Virus record (IMG/VR): IMGVR_UViG_3300032038_000068
Span: 4,477 to 68,476 of that record
From: a virus
Taxonomy: Duplodnaviria > Caudoviricetes
Length of the DNA: 64,000 nucleotides
Direction: 5' to 3' (one strand)
Shown here: positions 18,654-26,492 of the stretch, one piece after another
Layout: each line of letters begins with the position of its first letter
Position numbering within the stretch: position 1 is the first letter of the stretch
The notes under the pieces: generated by a model
What the model was told of the DNA's origin: nothing
Database searches by the model: none
What the model saw: the letters and a program-made list of their open reading frames with translations, nothing else
Made by a program: the position numbers and the translations under genes

Positions 18654-19221
18654 TTGCGTACCTCCAATAATGCCCTTGAGAATCAGGCGTCTTTCTTGTT
18701 CCAGAACAGATAGATGAAATTATAAATGTTGCTATTCCAAGCTTGCGTCTGGCCTCATTCATGGAAGGATAAGTGCATAAATAATTGTGGTTTATGTCGT
18801 AACACTCAACAGCAATTGGATTACCGCTTTTATTTCTTGTTTTCGCAATTATTCTTTCAATCGCGGTACCATATGTCAAATTGTACTGTTGCGTACACCA
18901 CTCGATATTACCCACATAATTATTATATTTGATCTCATCCTTATGGTTTATGTACCTAAAACCATTTGGGTTATCAATAAAAGCTTCTGCCACTAGCCTA
19001 TGAATGTAAAACGGCTTTGTGTATCCATGTTTACTGAGGTGTATTATTGGGTATCCATTTTTTGACGGTTTCCCTTGCAGAATAACAGAAGGCAGTGTCT
19101 TACTAACAAGTTTGTTATATACCTTGTATGTTATTTTTCGTTCAACAGAACGCACATTCCCATACGTTGAAACCTCATAAAACCCCTCATACCCTGGTAT
19201 GTCTTTCCAAATCTCTTCCAT
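18625..19221 (-). CDS. NUMOD4-HNH homing endonuclease
   Basis: EIWKDIPGYEGFYEVS..GNVRS (NUMOD4); HRLVAEAF, INHKD..K.NN...N.EWC (HNH); C-terminal NUMOD1-like HTH. Confidence 0.9.
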   Translation of the reverse strand: MEEIWKDIPGYEGFYEVSTYGNVRSVERKITYKVYNKLVSKTLPSVILQGKPSKNGYPIIHLSKHGYTKPFYIHRLVAEAFIDNPNGFRYINHKDEIKYNNYVGNIEWCTQQYNLTYGTAIERIIAKTRNKSGNPIAVECYDINHNYLCTYPSMNEARRKLGIATFIISSICSGTRKTPDSQGHYWRYANEREDNKSI

Positions 19222-19257
19222 GTCAATTACGTTTATTGATTACTTTTCTTGATGCTT

Positions 19258-19410
19258 TCATACGCATAGGAATAATGCAACAACACCTGCCACCATCTCT
19301 GCCAAAAGGATTGCATTGAATGCTCCCGGATGCCTTTCAGTCCATTTGCCGAATGCGCTATATGTGCGCAGTTCGTTTCGGTAAATTGTTGATGCTTCCA
19401 TGTCTTTCAT
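19258..19410 (-). CDS. Small protein with C-terminal hydrophobic segment
   Basis: Likely start MKDMEAST at 19410. Confidence 0.5.
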   Translation of the reverse strand: MKDMEASTIYRNELRTYSAFGKWTERHPGAFNAILLAEMVAGVVALFLCV

Positions 19411-19435
19411 TGTTTTTTTTGTTGACGGGGTGAAG

Positions 19436-19795
19436 TCATGCGACCGCACCCCAATAATCAAAAGGGAGATCGTCTGCCGATCCTTCAGTTTGTACTTCTT
19501 GTTGCTGTTGCGCATACATGTTCGTTTGCTGGGGCTGTTGAGGCTCATCCTGGTATTTCGACTCCTTCAGGTTGGAGATGTAGTAGCTCACACCCTCTCT
19601 CTGCTCCTCCTTCTTACAGGTGGCCTTGATGAAAGCCACGTTGCCGTACTGGTCAACCTCCTTCTTCGCATGCACATCGATTCTCAGCATCTTATGCGCA
19701 CCATCCTTGAACATCACCTCCTGAACAAGCTCCGGGTGACTCCTTACTATCCTTCCGATAGCGGTCAGATCTATTGTTCCGTATAATCTCTTCAT
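19436..19795 (-). CDS. SSB-like protein
   Basis: Beta-rich N-terminus, Gln-rich linker, DDLPF acidic tail; downstream of exonuclease/recT. Confidence 0.6.
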   Translation of the reverse strand: MKRLYGTIDLTAIGRIVRSHPELVQEVMFKDGAHKMLRIDVHAKKEVDQYGNVAFIKATCKKEEQREGVSYYISNLKESKYQDEPQQPQQTNMYAQQQQEVQTEGSADDLPFDYWGAVA

Positions 19796-19796
19796 A

Positions 19797-20567
19797 TCAT
19801 TTAATTATTACTGTATCAACATTCTTTATCTGCTCAATCTTATCTGCCATATACTTCTGCGCAAGCGACAGACGGCTGATGATTTCCGCATCAATGTCCT
19901 TGTCGCGATACATGCGTAGAACCTTCAGCTGCTTGGATGCCGAGACGTACGGGCAATAGGAAACGAAATCGTACCACTCAAGATCCCATGCAAGCATGTT
20001 CAGTCGCATCTGCCAGTAGTACTCAGGCTTCTTCTCAAGCAGGTCATCTATACTTCCAAGCAACAGGTAGTCGAGATGGTTCTCAATGGCGAACGGACAT
20101 TTTATCTCGCAGCCACCTTTCTCTTCCCTTACGATGCCGTCAGCTGATGCGCCTGCGATATTCTCAAATCCTGGAACTGGGACAAACTCCACCTCCATCA
20201 CCTCATAGTCCATCAGCTTGGCATATGCATCCCTTGCCATTGACTCAAAGTCGGTGCCGTAGCGCATTGCCGCATTGGTGATGTCGTGCATCTCTATATA
20301 CTCATCCACCGTTCCGTCACTCATTGGGATGTAACGCTCCATAACCTTCCTGTTGAGATATGTGTATGTGGCATCGCTGAACGGCATCTCAACCTTCTTC
20401 GTTGCCGGGATGTTCTTCGCCCTCGGATGTTCGGTCTTGTATGCCTCTATCTCCTCATCGGTCATGTTGACCTCCTGTTTGGAGTTCTTCATCAGGTTGT
20501 GGAACTCGGATGCGGTTATCATTCCAAGACGCTGGCGATGCCATGCTGAAGATCTCTGCTCAATCAT
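19797..20567 (-). CDS. YqaJ / lambda-exonuclease family protein
   Basis: W...R.GMITASE, YGTDFE..AR, GASADG, EIKCP, YYWQM. Confidence 0.9.
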   Translation of the reverse strand: MIEQRSSAWHRQRLGMITASEFHNLMKNSKQEVNMTDEEIEAYKTEHPRAKNIPATKKVEMPFSDATYTYLNRKVMERYIPMSDGTVDEYIEMHDITNAAMRYGTDFESMARDAYAKLMDYEVMEVEFVPVPGFENIAGASADGIVREEKGGCEIKCPFAIENHLDYLLLGSIDDLLEKKPEYYWQMRLNMLAWDLEWYDFVSYCPYVSASKQLKVLRMYRDKDIDAEIISRLSLAQKYMADKIEQIKNVDTVIIK

Positions 20568-20743
20568 TTCTCTTCCTCCGTTAACGGTTGTTCACTTTGT
20601 ATGATGATTTCATCCGGCTTACATCCCTCGACCTTGATGACAAAGTCCAGAAGGAAGAAATACTCGTCCTCGGTGATGGATTCGCTCCACCTCTCACGCA
20701 GTCTGTTGAGGATTCCGACTGCTTTCTTGATGTTGTTCGTCAT
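20564..20743 (-). CDS. 59-aa hypothetical protein
   Basis: Hand translation MTNNIKKAVG...; between recT and exonuclease with ATGA overlap. Confidence 0.55.
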   Translation of the reverse strand: MTNNIKKAVGILNRLRERWSESITEDEYFFLLDFVIKVEGCKPDEIIIQSEQPLTEEEK

Positions 20744-20746
20744 AAT

Positions 20747-21571
20747 TTATTTTCCTTTATCGTTACTAAACAGACCCTTAGAGGGATCAACCTCCTCCGC
20801 AGTAGCCTCTACTACACGCTCGTTGTCGACATACTCTGGTTCTATGAAATCAATATTGAGTTCATCAAGGTTGTCCGCTGTTGCATCAGTCTTCGCTACA
20901 GCTTGGTCGAAAGATAATGCACGTTGCATCTCAACGGACTTTGGAGCGTATTTCAAGATAGACTTCAACACGGTCTTGCAAGCCATTGCCTCAAAATCCG
21001 ACTGCCATGGAGATCCCTTTCCAGAGCGGAATGCCTGAGAGAACTTCGTAGCATGAGCCTTTACCTTCTCCAACGGCCAATATGCAGCCTTTACAAATCC
21101 GTTGATAAGTTCAAACTTAGCGTAGAATCCGACCACATTATCGTTTTTCTTTTTAGAGGAGTCGAATGCCCAGTCCTCATTAAACTCATCACCACTTACA
21201 AGTTCTCCTTCGTGTACTGGAACTGCGAGGATTCTCTTGAACTGGCCACTGCGCATACATAACTGAAGGATTCCAAGGTATCCGATTTGAACCTGCGCCT
21301 TGTTGCCATACGGTATCAAATAGCACTGTCCTAATGTCGGGATGATCTGCAACTGCAACGTAGCAGCTACCATTGCACCTGAGATGATGCTCATTGGGTC
21401 ACATTTGCGCATTGCCGCGCTTCCGTTGCCAATAGAGATGATTGAACTTGCAAATGTGTTTGCAATGGTCGGGTTCCCCCATACCGACTGCAATTTGCTC
21501 TGCATCTGCGGAGATGATACGATTTCCGCAAGTGTTTGTGGCTTCTTTGCCACTGATACTTCGTTACTCAT
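20747..21571 (-). CDS. recT: RecT-family single-strand annealing protein
   Basis: L.I.PTLGQCYLIPY..AQ.QIGY.G..QL.MRSG; W.SDF..MA.KTVLK. Confidence 0.9.
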   Translation of the reverse strand: MSNEVSVAKKPQTLAEIVSSPQMQSKLQSVWGNPTIANTFASSIISIGNGSAAMRKCDPMSIISGAMVAATLQLQIIPTLGQCYLIPYGNKAQVQIGYLGILQLCMRSGQFKRILAVPVHEGELVSGDEFNEDWAFDSSKKKNDNVVGFYAKFELINGFVKAAYWPLEKVKAHATKFSQAFRSGKGSPWQSDFEAMACKTVLKSILKYAPKSVEMQRALSFDQAVAKTDATADNLDELNIDFIEPEYVDNERVVEATAEEVDPSKGLFSNDKGK

Positions 21572-21573
21572 AA

Positions 21574-22389
21574 TTAATCGTTTTGATTTATTGTATATTT
21601 AATCATTGCATTGTAAACTTTTGAAGGTATTTTACCAGAGCGATAATATTGTTCAGCTACACTCTTAATACGATTCTCCTTGTAAGTCTTGTATGCCGAG
21701 AATGCCTCGGATGCAGTTGGGTAATTACCAAGGTATTTATAAGACAATCCGTCTCTACAATAAGCAGAAAACCTCTTTCTATTTCTTGCAACACCTATTG
21801 GCAGGACACCCCTTGAATTCTTAGAAGAACAGAACAATGAATTGATTTGTTTAGGTACAAAAACACATGTTTCAGGGCTGTAAATCTTATTCCCCTTTAC
21901 CAAGATGTCCTTATCCAACTCATATCCATCTTTATAGTAACTCTCAGGACTATCAAACCATTCCTTGAAATTCGAGAAATAGAGCCATTCTTCACACACA
22001 GAACATCCAATATAAGAAGGACCGTTATTTTGGTAGCTGACACTATAACATCTCTTTATCATTGAGTTCCATACTACATATGATGGGATAACACACCCGT
22101 CAACACATATTGGCAAATCGTAATCGTTAACACCTACACCGCAAATAGGCTTCCTGTTGTTATATGACGCAACACCCCTTTTGGAAGAAATCGTCTTCTC
22201 ACTACCACACTCAATGCATCCTTTGCCACACAGGTGATCTCTTGGAGTTTGTTCAAAAACACCATGTTTGGCGCACATTATGCGAACCTTCGTCCTGTTG
22301 TTCACATAAGTAACAGTATCGTAGCTGTATTTGTCTCCATGGACAATCCGAGCCTTTTCTATGAAGTCTTCTAATGACAATCTCTTCAT
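21574..22389 (-). CDS. HNH-type homing endonuclease with DUF723-like N-terminal domain
   Basis: FIEKARIVHGDKYSY..KV.I.C..HG.F.QTP..HL.G.GC; W..M..RC..Y.GCSVC.EW..FSNF..W; LDKDIL. Confidence 0.8.
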   Translation of the reverse strand: MKRLSLEDFIEKARIVHGDKYSYDTVTYVNNRTKVRIMCAKHGVFEQTPRDHLCGKGCIECGSEKTISSKRGVASYNNRKPICGVGVNDYDLPICVDGCVIPSYVVWNSMIKRCYSVSYQNNGPSYIGCSVCEEWLYFSNFKEWFDSPESYYKDGYELDKDILVKGNKIYSPETCVFVPKQINSLFCSSKNSRGVLPIGVARNRKRFSAYCRDGLSYKYLGNYPTASEAFSAYKTYKENRIKSVAEQYYRSGKIPSKVYNAMIKYTINQND

Positions 22390-22402
22390 AACCTAATGTT
22401 GT

Positions 22403-22567
22403 TTATTTGTTCCAATGATTCAGTTCATACACTTTGTCCCTTGCCTCTTCCCGTGTCTGGTAGTCGGCAATGTGTTCAGTTCCAATTTCAGTCTTCTTCC
22501 ACACGCCCCAGTTGCGACGGTGGATGTGATAGAAGTACTGACCTGTCTTTAAGTTATCTATAATCAT
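22403..22567 (-). CDS. Small hypothetical protein
   Basis: Likely start MIIDNLK at 22567. Confidence 0.6.
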   Translation of the reverse strand: MIIDNLKTGQYFYHIHRRNWGVWKKTEIGTEHIADYQTREEARDKVYELNHWNK

Positions 22568-22582
22568 ATTCAATCTGCTTTT

Positions 22583-22614
22583 AAAAAGAACAGCCGGGCT
22601 TCGCAGCAGGGCTG
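22583..22614 (-). terminator. Intrinsic terminator within the early-left operon
   Basis: Minus strand CAGCCCTGCT-GCGA-AGCCCGGCTG followed by TTCTTTTT. Confidence 0.65.
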
Positions 22615-22711
22615 CATAATCAAAACTAACCAAAAGAAAAAAATCTAATCCACGCTTGGATGTAGCGAAAAAATGAGCTTAACAATTAAAATATATCATA
22701 AAGTACACACA

Positions 22712-22831
22712 TTATCTCTCTTGCCTTATCCAGTTGTTGGTACTGGTGAGATACCCAGCCTCCCATGCCTCCTCTATCGTGGCATCAGGGTGCTTGTCCA
22801 GCCACATCCTCATCTGCTCCTTGTACGTCAT
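22712..22831 (-). CDS. 39-aa hypothetical protein (MTYKEQMRMWL...)
   Basis: Hand translation; ATGA overlap with HU-like gene. Confidence 0.6.
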   Translation of the reverse strand: MTYKEQMRMWLDKHPDATIEEAWEAGYLTSTNNWIRQER

Positions 22832-23142
22832 GGTTCCGCATCTATTTCCTTAACAGCCTTCTTGAGTGCCTGCGTAGGCTTGAACTTCAGTTTTACCACA
22901 TCCTTCATTCCAGGTCGGTTCTCCTTCTTGGCGAAGTCATACCCTGCCCTTGCGCGCTTGATATGCGTGTCGATGGTCAGGATGTTCCCGATCTTCACGG
23001 GAGTGTTGTTCCTTACCTCATCAAGCACGAACTCAGTCTGCGCCTTCAGGACATCCCTGATGATTGTGGTGTTGTACCCTGTAATGAGCGAGAGTCTCTG
23101 GATGAACTCCCCTTCGAGTACGGCTAAACTTTTCGGTCTCAT
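22828..23142 (-). CDS. HU/IHF-like DNA-binding protein
   Basis: Helical N-half then V.IG..LTI...RAR.G.D....KFKPTQALK arm motif. Confidence 0.75.
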   Translation of the reverse strand: MRPKSLAVLEGEFIQRLSLITGYNTTIIRDVLKAQTEFVLDEVRNNTPVKIGNILTIDTHIKRARAGYDFAKKENRPGMKDVVKLKFKPTQALKKAVKEIDAEP

Positions 23143-23153
23143 ATTAAGTAGTT

Positions 23154-23438
23154 TTATTTGTTCCTTTTCTTGTATTGAAGATATAATTCGGTGAGTGTAT
23201 CCTCAGGGAATGTCCAGTGTGACGATCTACCCTCTCCCCGGATGCCTCCCAAGTGATGGGCGATGTCGCAGACGTATTTCCGTGACAAGCCGAGTTTCTC
23301 AGCTGCCTGTGCCGATGTGAGCATCTTTCCGTCCTTCGGCATCAGCCTTGCCATCCTCCTCATGAACCCGTCATCATGCACAAGCCTTGTGACGATTGCC
23401 TCGGAAATCCTGTCTATTTCGTATGCTGATAGTGCCAT
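23154..23438 (-). CDS. Excisionase-like helix-turn-helix protein
   Basis: MLTSAQAAEKLGLSRKYV winged-HTH pattern. Confidence 0.6.
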   Translation of the reverse strand: MALSAYEIDRISEAIVTRLVHDDGFMRRMARLMPKDGKMLTSAQAAEKLGLSRKYVCDIAHHLGGIRGEGRSSHWTFPEDTLTELYLQYKKRNK

Positions 23439-23439
23439 G

Positions 23440-24057
23440 TTACTGCGCTATTGTTTTATAGTTATCACGGATGTATTCAATGTCCTTTGCATGAAGACCG
23501 AACCACTCTCCTTTCACACGTTGGCTCTCAAACATGTTATGGAGTTCCTTCTCGACATCGCCATCAATAACAAGAACCACGGATATGGTAGGGTTCCCGA
23601 TGGCAAGACTCTTTATCCTTTTTTTAGGGTCGTATGATGAGCCTATTTTGTACATGCCGGATGAATCGGTAACGATATATGTGTACCTCTTCTCTATAGG
23701 TCTTTCCATGGCATATTCGGGGAACGTGGTATAGTTCTTAAACAGTTCATTGAACTGCGTATTGAATGCCGACTCCATCATATATTCTTTGTATACCTCA
23801 TTATCGAGATATATCAATAGATGTCCGAAATGACTGAGACACATCCATATGTCCTTTCCAGTGTCTTCGTATCGGATGTTCGTATACCCCTTGAAGGATT
23901 TATCAAAGGCCATCTGCTCATGGATAAACTCTGCAACGGACTTGCTCCCGTTGTTTGAGTCATTCCACTCCTTCACAATTGAAGTTGCATTGAACATACC
24001 GTTGTCGGTACGTTGCTCAACCATAAATTGTCCCATGGGTACTATATTCGTCTTCAT
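23440..24057 (-). CDS. KilA-N plus GIY-YIG-like (T5orf172/MUG113) protein, antirepressor-like
   Basis: VEQRTDNGMFNAT (KilA-N); YTYIV..YKIG.S.DP.KR..E.ELH..F...R..GEWF. Confidence 0.75.
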   Translation of the reverse strand: MKTNIVPMGQFMVEQRTDNGMFNATSIVKEWNDSNNGSKSVAEFIHEQMAFDKSFKGYTNIRYEDTGKDIWMCLSHFGHLLIYLDNEVYKEYMMESAFNTQFNELFKNYTTFPEYAMERPIEKRYTYIVTDSSGMYKIGSSYDPKKRIKSLAIGNPTISVVLVIDGDVEKELHNMFESQRVKGEWFGLHAKDIEYIRDNYKTIAQ

Positions 24058-24063
24058 AGGTAG

Positions 24064-24285
24064 TTACTTTGGCATTGCTTCTAACTCGATACTTATCATA
24101 ACCTTGTCGGTCATCTCCTTGTCCATCATCTCGGACACATCATCCCATATGTCCTGACCGATGATGATATGCTCACGTCCGCTTACTGCAAGACTCTTGT
24201 TGGTAGCGGTAGATCCACCTTCTTCGTACCACCTTGTCGTGATACCCTGGTCGAAACGCTCGACTATAATCTTTGTCTTGGTCAT
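24064..24285 (-). CDS. Hypothetical protein
   Basis: ORF track, operon packing. Confidence 0.65.
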   Translation of the reverse strand: MTKTKIIVERFDQGITTRWYEEGGSTATNKSLAVSGREHIIIGQDIWDDVSEMMDKEMTDKVMISIELEAMPK

Positions 24286-24299
24286 ACCTTATTAATATA

Positions 24300-24536
24300 T
24301 TAACGGTTCAAAACAGGTGTATCCCCCTCACGCATCGCCCTTACAGCGAATACAAGACCAGTCTCCAACTCAAACTTCTTGGTTTCGTAGTTCACGACAC
24401 CCTCCTGCATACTGTCCGTTTCCTTGATGATGGATATCAGCGATCTCGCAGACCTGACCTTTCCACCATCCTCACATGGGAACAATCTCAGCGAACCAGG
24501 AGGTATCTTCCGAATCTCTTCTGTAGTTACGTTCAT
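24300..24536 (-). CDS. First gene of early-left operon (Cro position)
   Basis: Divergent from cI; function not recognised. Confidence 0.6.
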   Translation of the reverse strand: MNVTTEEIRKIPPGSLRLFPCEDGGKVRSARSLISIIKETDSMQEGVVNYETKKFELETGLVFAVRAMREGDTPVLNR

Positions 24537-24641
24537 TGTTTAATAGAGTTTTAATAAATTAATTAATGTTATTTAATTTGACAAGTTGTGTGGTGTTTGG
24601 AAATTAATGCCTATCTTTGCAGAGGTTTTGTGAAAGAATTC

Positions 24642-24728
24642 GGCATATATGTTGCCATTTTCGACACACTTGTTTGATTGATTACGCTACAAATTTACAA
24701 ATATGTTTCCATATATGCAACATATTTG
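24642..24728. promoter_or_regulatory. Lysis/lysogeny switch: leftward -7 element and operator-like inverted repeats
   Basis: CAAATTTA (TAaaTTTG on minus) 24690-24697; CAAATATGTT 24698-24707 and AACATATTTG 24719-24728; GGCATATATGTTGCC near 24642. Confidence 0.6.
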
Positions 24729-24778
24729 CCATTTTTTTAGTATATGTTAATATATATTTATACAAATTTGCAGAAAAA

Positions 24779-25447
24779 ATGAGTAATAGTATGGGTTTTG
24801 AGGACAGCAGTATGCGTGAACGCATCATAAAGCTGATACACCGTGAAGGTATATCGCAGAGGGAATTTGCCAATAGGATTGGCAGAAGACCGCCTAATTT
24901 ATCAAAGATACTCAATGGAGAGCTTAACATACCGAGAGGTCTTGCCAATGAGATACTGAAGGTGTTCCCGAATCTTAACCGTGACTGGCTGATGTTCGGT
25001 GAGGGTTCTATGTACGATGAGAAGGATGATGCCGTTGTCCAATCAATAAGCACCCGCCCGAGGTTGCCTAAGAACCTTTCGGGAGGTGATGTTGAAGAGT
25101 ACTACAAGGGTTCCAAGAGGTCTATGTGTCAGGAGAAACCGATTATCACGCAGTTTTCCGACTACGACTTCAGTATCATACTGAAAAACGACCGTATGCT
25201 TCCGACATACCGTCCGAGTGATGAACTGTTCTTCAAGGCATCGGATATTTACGAATGGGGTAACGACTACTTGTTGGACACCAAGGAGGGACCGAAGTTT
25301 AAGAAGGTCTATCCGTACACCGACAATAAAGGTCGGGAATGTTTCCGTTGTGTATCCTACAACAAAGAGAAATACCCTGATTTCACAATACCCAGGGACA
25401 TTGTTCTTGGTCACTACCGTCTTGTCGGTGTGTTGCGAATACTATAA
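24779..25447 (+). CDS. cI: CI-like repressor (XRE HTH + S24-like domain)
   Basis: ISQREFANRIG...LSKILNG HTH, WLMFGEGSM linker, C-terminal S24-like fold; start ATG 24779. Confidence 0.85.
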   Translation: MSNSMGFEDSSMRERIIKLIHREGISQREFANRIGRRPPNLSKILNGELNIPRGLANEILKVFPNLNRDWLMFGEGSMYDEKDDAVVQSISTRPRLPKNLSGGDVEEYYKGSKRSMCQEKPIITQFSDYDFSIILKNDRMLPTYRPSDELFFKASDIYEWGNDYLLDTKEGPKFKKVYPYTDNKGRECFRCVSYNKEKYPDFTIPRDIVLGHYRLVGVLRIL

Positions 25448-25462
25448 TAAACATATACGCGT

Positions 25463-25846
25463 ATGAAGAAAGCAATGTTATTCATGGCCGTACTGCTACT
25501 TGCATCGTGCGGCAGCAAGCCTGCAATCGTAGGCAAATGGATCAAGGAAACGGGTGAAGGAAAGATGAAGGACACAAGTATCGAGATTTTCCGTGCCAAC
25601 GGGGAATACGAAGGACTGATAACCGTAAGGTCAGGACATGTGTTCATGGAATCTTCCGCAACTGGTACATATGAACTGAAGGATGATTCTGTCATCATCC
25701 ATGCAGATACCATATATCTCGACGGAGAGCCGTACGGACGCTCCACCGTGAGGAGAAGGATAGTTCAGGTGAACGACACCATCATAGAATTCTGCGACAA
25801 GGACAACCTTTTACGATATAAAAGAGTAAGGAATGAAGAAGAATAG
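25463..25846 (+). CDS. Lipoprotein (lipocalin-like), superinfection-exclusion candidate
   Basis: Lipobox LLASC followed by IVGKW; co-transcribed with cI. Confidence 0.7.
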   Translation: MKKAMLFMAVLLLASCGSKPAIVGKWIKETGEGKMKDTSIEIFRANGEYEGLITVRSGHVFMESSATGTYELKDDSVIIHADTIYLDGEPYGRSTVRRRIVQVNDTIIEFCDKDNLLRYKRVRNEEE

Positions 25847-26219
25847 CAAAATCGCTTTGGAACGACCGATAGACCGCATCAAGGCGATCGCCCAGTTCTT
25901 TATAGACAACGGTGCATTAGCATCGATGAAGAACTTCGAGGAGGCCTGTGACCTCAGTTCAAACTATGTGAAGAACCTGTCAGCTACGCAGAAGGGAAAC
26001 CCCGGTGTCGATGTGGTGGCGAAGATCTACCGCACGTTCAAGGGAATCAGCCTCGAGTACATCATTCTCGGTGAAGGTGAGATGTTCGCCATACCATGGA
26101 AGGATGCGCTCAATGCGGCAAGGGATATCGGAGAGAACTACAAGCTGCAGAGGAGCATCAGGAGGATGCTGAAGGACAAGAGCAAGGAGGAGATACTCGA
26201 AATAATCAGTAAAATGTGA
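25833..26219 (+). CDS. Second XRE-like HTH regulator
   Basis: FEEACDLSSNYV..L, NPGVDVVAKI, YIILGEGEMF. Confidence 0.65.
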   Translation: MKKNSKIALERPIDRIKAIAQFFIDNGALASMKNFEEACDLSSNYVKNLSATQKGNPGVDVVAKIYRTFKGISLEYIILGEGEMFAIPWKDALNAARDIGENYKLQRSIRRMLKDKSKEEILEIISKM

Positions 26220-26489
26220 TACACATTTGATACATACACCCAAGAAACGAGGTGTAAGTGACTGAACAACAGTACTTCAATCGATTCCCCTATCCACTAC
26301 GAAGGGGAGTTTCAACACTCCCTTTTTTGTGCCTGTACATCAGCCGTTTATGGCTGTAACCTCTTGGAAACAAAGTAAATACGGGAATTGAACACGTTTG
26401 AGCCATTGGAATAAAGTGGCATAAAGCGTAGTAAAGTGGAGTATGTTTGTGATACATTTGTGATACACTTTTAGAATTTTGTGATACAC
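26215..26489. other. Putative attP region
   Basis: TGTGATACA repeats at 26215, 26448, 26459, 26480 flanking a tRNA-3'-like core TCGATTCCCCTATCCACTAC (26281-26300), immediately upstream of int. Confidence 0.7.
26302..26328 (+). terminator. Intrinsic terminator after immunity operon / att core
   Basis: AAGGGGAGT-TTCAAC-ACTCCCTT-TTTT. Confidence 0.75.
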
Positions 26490-26492
26490 TTT

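Noticed and set aside
24617-24778. N-terminal extensions of cI, terL (44476-44604), RuvC-like (36014-36109) and the 51343 ORF given by the ORF track
   Set aside because: They run through promoter or operator DNA; downstream ATGs with A-rich leaders fit better
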